From: Nitrososphaerota archaeon
GTDB taxonomy: Archaea; Thermoproteota; Nitrososphaeria; PSMU01
Direction of reading: 5' to 3'
Length of the DNA: 64,000 bases
NCBI GenBank assembly: GCA_040290255.1
Contig: PSMU01000002.1
Span: 1-64,000 of the forward strand
Below, piece by piece: positions 19,099 to 27,943 of the stretch (position 1 is its first letter; each line of letters opens with the position of its first letter). The position numbers and the translations under genes are program-made. A model generated the notes under the pieces. The model had not been told where the DNA came from. It saw only the letters and a list, made by a program, of their open reading frames with translations, and did not search any database.

Positions 19099-20670
19099 GT
19101 GCGCAGGCTCGGGCTCTTGGCTCTGGCCCTGCTCCTCTCTTATGCCTGGGGCGCGGCGCCCGCCCATTCGCCTGGTTATGCATCGAGCAACGCGGGCATA
19201 CCTAACATTCAGGTGAGCTCGCCCACCACGGCGGGCGCAACGGATTGGAACGGCCAATGCGTGTACAACGCCAGCTACAACAACGACCGCAGCGAATCGT
19301 GGCTCGTCGTGGACCCCACGAACCCCAGGCATCTGGTAGGCATGTCCAAGTTCTTCTTCAGGCCCACCTACTACCTTTTCCACGTAGGGGCCTACGTTTC
19401 GTTCGATGCCGGCAGGAGCTGGGCGAACCAGCTCATCGGCGGCTTCGACTGCCAGTCCGCGCCCAATAACGCCTGGGTGGACACCACGGACCCCGTCGTG
19501 GCCTTCGACAGCCAGGGCAGGCTCTTCTCCGCCTTCCTGCCCTTTAGCTTCTCCTACAACGCCGCGCTGCAGCAGGTCTGGAACGTTATACCGAACAGCG
19601 CGATTTACGTCGTTATGTCCGAGGATGGCGGGCGAACCTGGTCGATAGCGAATCAGGGCAGGCCACTGGCCCTGTATAACTCGAGCGGCCTAGGGCGCAC
19701 AGCCGATAAGCAATGGATCGCCGTCGATGCTAATCCTCGCAGCCCCTTCCGCGATAACGTCTATGTGGGCTGGACCGTCTTCAATGGCTTGAGCGCCGAA
19801 GTCTGGTTCTCCCGCTCCACGGATCACGGACAGCACTTCTCCGCCCCCATCATGCTATCGAGGCCCAACACGGACCAGCCCTTCAACACCTACATCTTCC
19901 TGGGCACGGCGCCCGACGGGACGCTTTACGTCGTCTACACGGCCTTCCCCCGCTCCACTTTTCCCGTCGCGGATATATGGCTGCTGAAGTCCAGTGACGG
20001 CGGGCAGAGCTTCTCGGCCCCCATCCATGCCCTGTCGTTCCCCTCGTATCCTTTTCTCACGCTTCCCAACACGACCTTCAGGGATGGCATCTCGGACAGC
20101 TTCGCCGTGAGCCCTGCAAATGGCCACCTCTTCTTGGCGCTGGAGGTCTACAATGGCAAGGGCCTCGATGTGATGCTCAGCGAATCCTCCGATGGCGGCA
20201 TGACGTGGACTGGGCCAATATATGTGAATGACCCGGAGACCGTGAACGACGGCACCGACCAGTTCCAGCCCACCGTGGCGGTGTCGCCCACGGGCCTGGT
20301 GGCGGTCGCCTTCTACGATAGGAGGTTGCCCTGTGCCACCGGTGACCCCAACATCCTTACTCAGGACTGGGGAAGGCGGAACTTCTGCATAGACGTTTCC
20401 CTTCAGCTCTTCAGCGATACAAGCGCCGGCCTTCAGAGGATGGGCTCCAACATAAGGGTCACCGCGGCGAGCTGGGATCCCCAGGTCCCCGGCTCCTTGG
20501 GCCTGCCTCGTCCCGGAGGGCCCACTGGCTACGTTACGTTCATAGGCGACTACTTCGGCCTCGCGCTCACGAACAGATATGCTTACGTGCTCTTCGTCTC
20601 CACTTATAACCTGGGCTCGAACCCCTACAATGACCAGCAGCAGTTCCTGGCCGTGGTTAAGCTGCCTTAG
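19099..20670 (+). CDS. Secreted BNR/Asp-box (sialidase-like beta-propeller) protein
   Basis: Signal peptide; Asp-boxes SFDAGRSW, SEDGGRTW, STDHGQHF, SSDGGQSF, SSDGGMTW; FIGDY. Confidence 0.85.
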   Translation: MRRLGLLALALLLSYAWGAAPAHSPGYASSNAGIPNIQVSSPTTAGATDWNGQCVYNASYNNDRSESWLVVDPTNPRHLVGMSKFFFRPTYYLFHVGAYVSFDAGRSWANQLIGGFDCQSAPNNAWVDTTDPVVAFDSQGRLFSAFLPFSFSYNAALQQVWNVIPNSAIYVVMSEDGGRTWSIANQGRPLALYNSSGLGRTADKQWIAVDANPRSPFRDNVYVGWTVFNGLSAEVWFSRSTDHGQHFSAPIMLSRPNTDQPFNTYIFLGTAPDGTLYVVYTAFPRSTFPVADIWLLKSSDGGQSFSAPIHALSFPSYPFLTLPNTTFRDGISDSFAVSPANGHLFLALEVYNGKGLDVMLSESSDGGMTWTGPIYVNDPETVNDGTDQFQPTVAVSPTGLVAVAFYDRRLPCATGDPNILTQDWGRRNFCIDVSLQLFSDTSAGLQRMGSNIRVTAASWDPQVPGSLGLPRPGGPTGYVTFIGDYFGLALTNRYAYVLFVSTYNLGSNPYNDQQQFLAVVKLP

Positions 20671-21133
20671 GCGCCTCCAGCAGGGCGCGGCGGGCCGCCT
20701 CGGGGTGCCTTATACCCCTGAATTCTATATGCGCGCCGCCCGTTAACCTGAAGATGAGCGTGCCGTAATCGAAGAGCCTGCCCAGCGCCCCCTGCCTAAG
20801 CTCGATCTCGGAGACCTGTGTGAGCGGGGCCTCCCTTATCGTCCTGCCCAAGCGGAGGTGCTCCTCTATGACCCTCTGGCCCGTGATGTAGTAACGGTGC
20901 GTGGAGGCGGAGGCCCTGGCGGAGAGGGCTGTGAAGATGCCCACGAGATAAAGCGGCAGGCTCAGGGGGAAAAGATACGGCAAGCCCTGCGCCGCGAGGG
21001 CTACGACCGCGAACGAGAGGGCCAGGATGAGCGCGGAGGCAAGCAACCTGCGGTGATAGTGCAGCAGGCTTCTCCTGGAGGCCCAGAGGACCCGCTCGCC
21101 CGCTCTCAGTCCGCCCGAGGGCTCCAAGGCCAT
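20657..21133 (-). CDS. bPH_2 (PH-like) domain membrane protein
   Basis: GERVLW, two TM, YYITGQRV, RQG.LGRLFDYGTL. Confidence 0.8.
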   Translation of the reverse strand: MALEPSGGLRAGERVLWASRRSLLHYHRRLLASALILALSFAVVALAAQGLPYLFPLSLPLYLVGIFTALSARASASTHRYYITGQRVIEEHLRLGRTIREAPLTQVSEIELRQGALGRLFDYGTLIFRLTGGAHIEFRGIRHPEAARRALLEAPKAA

Positions 21134-21210
21134 GAGGCCTTAGGGGACCGCGCTTAAAGGCTTAGCAGCTCCCCGCTGCTTGGCCGGCATGGTTGGCCAC
21201 ATCGCGCCAG

Positions 21211-21579
21211 CTATCCCGACATGAAAAAGAGCCAGCCCTGCTTGTATTTGATGAGCATATATTCGCCCCTTAGCTTCGCCCCGTAAAACATTATGCGGGC
21301 TCTTTCGCCGCTCTCCTCGAGCCACTCACAGCGGCCGCTGTCCCATATCCTCATCTCGCCCGCGCCGTAGCCATCGGCTATCTCCCCCTCAAATGAAAGC
21401 CAGAACAGTTCGTGATCCTGCTGCATGACGCCGAACCTCTTGACGCCCCGCTCCAGAGGAGGGGGCTTCCTGAAGGCCCAGTCCTTTAGCACGCCAGCCC
21501 TTTCGACCCTAAGGTCGTAGTGAAGCCCCGCCCTCCTAGCCCTATGCTCATGCACCACGAAGCGGGGCCCTTCACTCAA
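21211..21579 (-). CDS. Stand-alone LigD 3'-phosphoesterase domain protein
   Basis: FVVHEH.A...HYDLR.E..GVLK.WA..K, DH, FEGEI..GYGAG...IWD.G. Confidence 0.9.
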   Translation of the reverse strand: MSEGPRFVVHEHRARRAGLHYDLRVERAGVLKDWAFRKPPPLERGVKRFGVMQQDHELFWLSFEGEIADGYGAGEMRIWDSGRCEWLEESGERARIMFYGAKLRGEYMLIKYKQGWLFFMSG

Positions 21580-21697
21580 GCCTTACCAAGATGGGCCGAG
21601 GACGATATACGCTTAACCCAGGATGTGCTGGCTATCTCCTCCTTACCTGCGAATCAAGTGCCGCAAGCTAAGCGGCCATCTCTTCCTAAGGACACAG

Positions 21698-22017
21698 CTA
21701 GCCTTCATGGGCTGCTCCCGTGGGGCGGGCGTTAGGATACCTCGAGGGTATATAGTGCCTGTCCAGCTCCCGGGCATAGGCCATAAGCTCCTCCCGCGCA
21801 CTTTCCCCCTTCCCTTTAAAGTACCGCCTCAAAAGGGCCCTGAAGCTGTGGCCCCAAGGAGCTTCATTCACGCTTTATAGGAGGGCCCTTGCGGCCTTCT
21901 CGCAGCTTGGTATGCGTAAAAACACGCGGCGCCGTACCTTTTGTTCCCATGAGGTATCCTAGCCGTGTCTAGGTCCCAGAGGGCCTCGGAGAGCCAACGG
22001 CTTGCCTCGCCGCGCAT
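21698..22017 (-). pseudogene. HEPN domain pseudogene
   Basis: MRGEASRWLSEALWDLDTARI..GNKRYGAACFYAYQAA / frameshift / EKAARALL*SVNEAPWGHS...ARELDRHYIPSRYPNA; one frameshift and one internal stop. Confidence 0.85.
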
Positions 22018-22654
22018 TCTCTTGTAGTCCTTGGGCGGGCGCCCTTTTAGGGCTTTGTATTAGCGAGCTATGTGTCCAGGCTGCGGCCGGCCCTACCTTC
22101 ACGAACCTATAGGTACCCAGCTATGGCGCATCCGCCTCCTCTTTGCCTACGCTCCTGCACCACCGAGCGGAGCCTATAGTTCGAGCTTGCATAATGAATG
22201 TGCGCTTATCCTGGGTGGGCGCGGCCAGCGCTTGCCACGCTGAGTTCCCAATCACCTATGGCTTGTGGTCGCTTAGGGCGGCGTCGCTGCGCGTGGCTCA
22301 GCGCTCAAGACTCGATTTGCATCCCTTTATGCCCCCATCTGCCGCAATTTGAGGCCGTGATTTCCAAGCAAGGGCCTTTTCAGGGCGCCAGGGACTTGAG
22401 ACTTCTTTACGGCGCCGTACGCGTTAGACAACCCCACTACCCTTGGCCTCCCTGTTGCTGATAGGAGCTGGCCGGCTTTTCCTTCGCGCTCCTATGGCCT
22501 TGTCCGCCCAGCTTCTATGACGAACCGAGGGCAAGAAGCACCACGGGCTGGCCATTTGGCAAAGGGGGCCCTTGCGCAAAGCTCGCGACTCATTTGTTGA
22601 AGGCGACCTTAAACAAAGCAAAGCTTGCTAAATAGTCTTTTCAAAGGGCCTTCA

Positions 22655-23977
22655 TTAGGCGCCGAGCAGCGGCCATAAAGCATACCCAGCCGCAAGCAAA
22701 AGGCAGGTGAGGATCGAGTTCTTGATGTTGAGGGCCATGATGGGGATCATCGCGTATTGATCCTCAAAGCTCTCTCGGGCTCGCCTATACACCAACGCCG
22801 CTAAGGGCGTGGTCAGCAGGCCCATCCAGGCCGTGGGGGGGCCCAGCCCAAGGAAGGGCAAAAGGGCCATGGATGTGTAGGCAAAGGCGAAGAGGGCAAC
22901 GAGGAGGCGTAGGGCCTCGTCCTTCGAGAGCCTCGCGACTAACTGACGCTTCCCGGCCGCCCTATCGAAGGGGGCATCTGGTATCTCGTTTACGTAGAGT
23001 ATGAGCGCTATCAGCACGCCCGTGGGCAAAGAGGCAGCCAGGACCTCGGGGGAAAAAGCTCGGGCTTGCACTAGATAGGTGCCCAGGACAACAAGCGGCC
23101 CAAAGCCAATGGCAACGGCCAGTTCTCCAAGGCCCCTGTAGCTTAGCTTGAGCGGGGGGGCTGTGTAGAAGTAGGCCAAGAAGAGGCCCGTGAGGCCCAG
23201 CGCTATTATCTCCAAAAGCCCCCTGCTCCAGGCTAGGTATACACCTATAGCTGAGCCCAGGGCGAAGAGAGATAAGTAAAGTTGCTTTGCGCCCGTAACG
23301 CTCACGAGGCCGTAGATTATGGAGCGCGAGCCCCCGCTGAAGGGGGTGGGCCTCGTATTGGCTGTATCAGCCCCCAGCAGCGTATCGAAATAATCGTTGG
23401 CCACGTTCAGCGCCAAGTGCAGAAGCGCCAGCCCCAGGAAGGTGAGGAGCGTGAGGGATAAGCTGAAGAGGCCCTTGTAAAGGGCTATCGCCGCGCCAAC
23501 CGCTACGGAGGCCGCCATGGCCGATAGGAAGGGGAACCTCAGTACGCGCATGAAGGTCCAGAGCGCCCCTATCCTAGGCTTAAAATCGACGCCCAGCCTC
23601 TTTCCTAATTGTCTCAGGTAGGTGCGGGCCCTATGCGTGGAAACCTCCACGTACTCTGGGAAGGGCTTGCGAGCTTCGCTCCAGCCATAGGCCTTCCAGC
23701 TCCTGAGCGTAAGCGCTCGTTCCTCAGTTTCGGCCACGCCAACTAGAACCACATAACTCCTATCGGCATACCCGCCGGAGGGTAGGGGCCTTATGTGATT
23801 TAACACGACGTTCACCTTCTTTCCAGCCAAGCAAGCTATGCTGACCCCTTTCGCGGGCCTAACGATGACCTCTTCTCCTTGGACCTCCACCTGCGCCGGA
23901 ACCGCTGCGGGGAAGCCATCTTCATCCATGTACGCTATAGCCCTCTGCTCATATCCCTCTATATCCAGCTTCTTCAT
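22655..23977 (-). CDS. MenA-like UbiA-family prenyltransferase with ~135-aa soluble N-terminal extension
   Basis: NVANDYFD...GAD, SGGSR, YTAPP.KLSY.GLGE, NEIPD..FD..AGKR. Confidence 0.85.
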   Translation of the reverse strand: MKKLDIEGYEQRAIAYMDEDGFPAAVPAQVEVQGEEVIVRPAKGVSIACLAGKKVNVVLNHIRPLPSGGYADRSYVVLVGVAETEERALTLRSWKAYGWSEARKPFPEYVEVSTHRARTYLRQLGKRLGVDFKPRIGALWTFMRVLRFPFLSAMAASVAVGAAIALYKGLFSLSLTLLTFLGLALLHLALNVANDYFDTLLGADTANTRPTPFSGGSRSIIYGLVSVTGAKQLYLSLFALGSAIGVYLAWSRGLLEIIALGLTGLFLAYFYTAPPLKLSYRGLGELAVAIGFGPLVVLGTYLVQARAFSPEVLAASLPTGVLIALILYVNEIPDAPFDRAAGKRQLVARLSKDEALRLLVALFAFAYTSMALLPFLGLGPPTAWMGLLTTPLAALVYRRARESFEDQYAMIPIMALNIKNSILTCLLLAAGYALWPLLGA

Positions 23978-24468
23978 GGGCGGCCCTCGCCCACCTCTAT
24001 CTCCTCCGGCTCCCTAGAGAGGTCCCCTTCCCTCCATACGCTGAGCTTGACGGGGCGCACCTCTATCGCCGCCCTCTCCCAGAAGAGCGGAAGCGCGAAG
24101 CGCTGCTTCAAGTACCTATCTATGTAGGGCTCCTTCGCCCTCCACAAGGGTAGAAGGAACGTCCACCCGTCGTGAAGGTCCTCATCCTTAACCGAGGCGA
24201 GGCCCTTGACCTGCACGATATCGCGTATATCGCTCCTGGAGAGCTCCCCTCCGGGAAAAAGAAGTGAAACCCTAGGATTCTTCTTGATGTGCTCCAGCTT
24301 CCTGCTGAAGAGGATGCTGGAGGTGAAGTAGATTATGCCGGAGCCGCGCCTATAAAGCGGGAGCATGGGGTGCGTTACGGGCTCACCCCTCTCGTTAACG
24401 GTGGTGAATAGGCAGACCAGGGCCCCTTCGAGCGCGTCCTCCACGTAGCTGGGCAGGCTGAGGCCCAC
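23974..24468 (-). CDS. Pyridoxamine-5'-phosphate oxidase-like split-barrel protein
   Basis: FTTVNERGEP.THP, IYFTSS...SRKLEHIKKNPRVSL; stop overlaps the prenyltransferase start. Confidence 0.82.
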   Translation of the reverse strand: MGLSLPSYVEDALEGALVCLFTTVNERGEPVTHPMLPLYRRGSGIIYFTSSILFSRKLEHIKKNPRVSLLFPGGELSRSDIRDIVQVKGLASVKDEDLHDGWTFLLPLWRAKEPYIDRYLKQRFALPLFWERAAIEVRPVKLSVWREGDLSREPEEIEVGEGRP

Positions 24469-24733
24469 GCCTTCCCGCGCTTTTAAGCAGGCTATAAAGC
24501 TCTATGTAGGTTAACACCCGGCTCTCTGGCAGCGCTCTCGCCACGTCGAGCCAGTAGTCCGGTGCCTCCCTCAGGAGGGTGAGCCCCCTCACCGCTTCCT
24601 CCAGCTCCCTGGCGGTTAGGGGGTAGATGCCAGCTCGGCCTTGAGCCTTTTAGCAGGCCTAAGGCCGACCATGCTGGCTCGCTCGACCAGGTTGTGCGTC
24701 TCAGGGGGACTTACCCTATTGAAGAAGAGCCCC

Positions 24734-25444
24734 TCATCGCGAGGTCGCCCTGAGCAGGCTTCTGACCGCCCAATAGGTCCTAGGGGTCTTAGGAAACCTA
24801 GAGTACAGCCCCGCCAGCTCCCTCTCGGCGAGGTACGCCAGCGCCCTCTTCTTCTTGACGCCGCTCGCCAGGGCCCTGCGCACCATGTCGGCCAGCATTC
24901 TCCTGGCCGCCTCCGCCTCCTGGCCCGTCACCTCCCACAGCTCCTTGCCGCGAAGCCAGGCCGCATAGTAGTGCTCAAGCCTGGGCCTGTGGTAAAGCCT
25001 GCCCTGGGCCCTTAGCTTCTCTATGCCATACTTCGTGCGCTGCGCGATGGCCAGCTTCTCATACGTGGCGAACCAGGACTTAAGGAACTCCCAGAACTTC
25101 CTGAAGAGAGGATCCTGAATCTCGGGCTCGCTCACAAATAGCGGCACCAGCTGCATCTCTGAGAGCGCCCTTAGCACGTCGAACACCCTCTCGGGCTCCT
25201 CGAACCTCCCTATGCGCGTTAGGTCGTAGATGATGACGTGGTTGACGGCGTTCTCCCTGCAGAAGGCCAGCATCTCCTGCACGCCGCCTCGGGAAAAGAA
25301 GTCGGAGGAGCCCGATACATCCTCGTCCACGAAGACCCTGAGCAGCTCCAGGTCCCTTTCCTGCGCGAACCTCCTTATCGCCGATTCTTGGGCCCTTGCA
25401 TCCTGCATCTCCGTGGAGACGCGCAGGTAGGCTACGGCCTTCAT
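24734..25444 (-). CDS. Serine recombinase (resolvase family)
   Basis: AYLRVST..Q catalytic Ser, DEDVSG, DLTRIGR, E+..I.QRTK.G. Confidence 0.9.
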   Translation of the reverse strand: MKAVAYLRVSTEMQDARAQESAIRRFAQERDLELLRVFVDEDVSGSSDFFSRGGVQEMLAFCRENAVNHVIIYDLTRIGRFEEPERVFDVLRALSEMQLVPLFVSEPEIQDPLFRKFWEFLKSWFATYEKLAIAQRTKYGIEKLRAQGRLYHRPRLEHYYAAWLRGKELWEVTGQEAEAARRMLADMVRRALASGVKKKRALAYLAERELAGLYSRFPKTPRTYWAVRSLLRATSR

Positions 25445-25609
25445 GAGCTGCCGGCCAGGCCGCGCCTTAAATAGGGCTTGGTAAAGCGCCTTTAGCTATG
25501 CATGCAAAGCCAGGCGCTCTATAGGAGCGCCCTGCGCAAGGGAGGCCCTTATCGGCATGCCGGCGGGAATTGAGGCAAAGGTTATAGAAGCATTCAGGGG
25601 CCCGCTCGC

Positions 25610-26464
25610 GTGAACCCGCTGAGGCCCCTGCTCTATAGGGTCGCGAAGAGGTGGATAGCCGGGTCATCGAGGGTGGACGCGATAAAGGCCGCGAAGGAGG
25701 CCAATGCCAAGGGCATGGCGGCCCTCCTGAACTATCTGGGCGAGGGCCTGAGGGAGGCGCGGAGCATCGATGAGGCCCTCAGCGAGTACGAGGGGCTGCA
25801 GCGGGCGATTGCGGAGCTGGGGCTGCGGGCCCACATCTCCGTGAAGCCCACGCAGCTGGGGCTGCTCCTCTCGGAGCAGGCGCTGCTTCTCCGCCTGGAG
25901 AGGCTGGCCGAGGCGGCCAGGCAGAGGGGCCAGCTGCTCTGGATAGATATGGAGCAGGGGCAATACGTCGACGGCACGCTCAGGGCCTATTCCTCCCTTC
26001 TGGAGAAGGGGTTCACCAACGTGGGCCTGGCCCTACAGGCTAACCTGCGCAGGACCGAGAAGGATCTTGGGGGCCTGCTCGATAAGAGGCCCAGGATAAG
26101 GCTGGTGAAGGGAGCATATCCAACACCCCCTCCCGAGGGCTTCTCCAGCAGGGCGGAGGTGGCGAGGAACTACGAAAGGCTCATGGAGTTGCTCTTTGAG
26201 GCCAGGGCCTTCGTCGCAATAGCCACACATGATGCCCGCCTGGTGCTGAGGGGCATTGAGCTGGCCCAGCGCAACGGCGCCGAGTTCGAGCTGCAGTTCC
26301 TCAGGGGCATCAGGGAAGACCTTAAGGCCTGGGCCGTGCGCCAAGGCTATATCGTGGCCGAATATATCCCCTACGGGCAAAGCTGGTACGAGTACTCGAT
26401 GCGCCGGCTAAGGGAGAATAGGAAGAATATCTGGCTCCTGATCAGGTCGCTCTTTGGCGGCTAG
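25610..26464 (+). CDS. Monofunctional proline dehydrogenase
   Basis: LGE, ISVKPTQLG, IDME, LQANLRRT, IRLVKGAY, ATHD, YIPYG..WY.YSMRRL.E. Confidence 0.93.
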   Translation: MNPLRPLLYRVAKRWIAGSSRVDAIKAAKEANAKGMAALLNYLGEGLREARSIDEALSEYEGLQRAIAELGLRAHISVKPTQLGLLLSEQALLLRLERLAEAARQRGQLLWIDMEQGQYVDGTLRAYSSLLEKGFTNVGLALQANLRRTEKDLGGLLDKRPRIRLVKGAYPTPPPEGFSSRAEVARNYERLMELLFEARAFVAIATHDARLVLRGIELAQRNGAEFELQFLRGIREDLKAWAVRQGYIVAEYIPYGQSWYEYSMRRLRENRKNIWLLIRSLFGG

Positions 26465-26533
26465 TTTACTTTGTTTACTTAAAACGCAACGATCTTACCT
26501 AGGTTCCCAGCTCAAAAAGGGCCGCGGGTCAAG

Positions 26534-26669
26534 TTATCCTGCCCCCAGGGAGGGCAGGGGCCCCCTGCTGGACAGGATCACGGTGACCCACTCCAGCAAA
26601 ATGATGGCGAACACGGCCGCAGCAAAGTACACATACCTCCTCCAGTTAATCCGCCCCCTTCTGGCCCAT
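26534..26669 (-). pseudogene. Putative single-TM microprotein interrupted by a +1 base in a G-run
   Basis: Removing one G of the 5-G run (26654-26658) gives MGQKGRINWRRYVYFAAAVFAIILLEWVTVILSSRGPLPSLGAG*; AT-rich TATA-like sequence about 25 nt upstream. Confidence 0.4.
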
Positions 26670-26752
26670 ACTGGGTTCCGCTGCTGGCCTTTTTATTTAT
26701 GCTTTATCCGCATCTGATAAGCTTTTTAGTAAGGGTTCCCCGCCCGAAGCCA

Positions 26753-27190
26753 GTGAACCGGCTCCTGTTGGCGGCCCTGGTCGCCCTCGCCGTGCTGCTG
26801 GGCCTCGGCCTAAGCCTAGCCACCCCCCGCCAGGGCCGGACTACGGAGCCCTTCTGCGCCGTGCCCCCGGGCTACATCCTCATCATCGCGAACGAGAGGG
26901 GTTTCAACGACAGCCTGAGCCACCTGCAGGCCAACCCCTCAGCGCCCTGGCCCGTGATCAGGGCCAGGGTAGGGCAGACGCTCAACCTCATCGTCTGCAA
27001 TGATGATGCCGTCGCCACCCATGGGTTCGCCATCGAGTATTACCTGCAGGCCGGCGTGGCCATCGCTGCCCACTCCTCCTTTAAGCTGAGCCTGACCCTG
27101 GACAAGGCGGGCAGCTTCTGGATCTACTGCTCGATCCCCTGCCCCTCGCACCAGTGGATGCTACAGGGCATGCTAATAGTGAGCGAATAA
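26753..27190 (+). CDS. Membrane-anchored cupredoxin with CuA-like motif
   Basis: N-terminal TM; THGFAI...YCSIPCPSHQWM. Confidence 0.8.
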   Translation: MNRLLLAALVALAVLLGLGLSLATPRQGRTTEPFCAVPPGYILIIANERGFNDSLSHLQANPSAPWPVIRARVGQTLNLIVCNDDAVATHGFAIEYYLQAGVAIAAHSSFKLSLTLDKAGSFWIYCSIPCPSHQWMLQGMLIVSE

Positions 27191-27195
27191 AAAAC

Positions 27196-27843
27196 TTAGC
27201 CGCCGCCGGCCCCCTTGTTGGGCACGATCAGCAGGAAGCCGAACATGCCTATGCCCTGATGGTAGAGGCAGAAGAACCTGTAGATGCCCGGCTGTAGGCC
27301 CGAGGTGGTAAAGGTGCCCACAGCTGTGAGGTTTCCTATCGTGCCCGTCGTGTCACAGGCGATAGGCCTGCCATCCTGAATGCAGCCCGTGGGAGGGCCC
27401 GTGAACTTCTGCCCATTGAGGAAGTTCTCCTGCCCCGCCACGCTGACGTTCAGCCTCACCCAGGTGGTGCCGTTCGGCAGGTTGAACTCAAAGGTATGGC
27501 CATCCGCCGTATCGTTGCTGATGAACGTAACGCGCACTATGTCGCCCTGGTTGACGATGATGATGGGCGGGTCAAATCTGTCCTGGCCCGACGCATCGGT
27601 GAACCACGTGAGGGTGATGGCCCTCGTGATGGGCCTCTGGTTCACGATGGGTAGAGTGCCCAGGGCCTGCTTTAGCGCGTTGATGTCGCCCTGCTGCGTG
27701 CTGACGGTGCCCTGCAGGCTCGTGATGGAGCTCTGTAGGCCCGAGATGACGCTGAGCCCATAGCCGAGCGAGGCGAAGGAGACGATGAGGGCGATAATGC
27801 TGAGGACCAGCGTGGCGCTACCTCCTCGAGGAGGCTGGCTCAT
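27196..27843 (-). CDS. Membrane-anchored type-1 blue copper protein (sulfocyanin/rusticyanin-like)
   Basis: TM + coiled coil; GHTF...GIYRFFCLYHQGIGMFG. Confidence 0.82.
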   Translation of the reverse strand: MSQPPRGGSATLVLSIIALIVSFASLGYGLSVISGLQSSITSLQGTVSTQQGDINALKQALGTLPIVNQRPITRAITLTWFTDASGQDRFDPPIIIVNQGDIVRVTFISNDTADGHTFEFNLPNGTTWVRLNVSVAGQENFLNGQKFTGPPTGCIQDGRPIACDTTGTIGNLTAVGTFTTSGLQPGIYRFFCLYHQGIGMFGFLLIVPNKGAGGG

Positions 27844-27943
27844 TGCGCCGCGATGGTTGCTCACTATTTAAGGCTATGGCGCGATAAGCGCCCATCTGGT
27901 TCGTCCTTGCTCACGTGGCCCTCAGAACCATTCGCTCAGGCAT

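Noticed and set aside
24734-25444. IS607-family transposon
   Set aside because: No N-terminal HTH before the catalytic domain and no tnpB downstream
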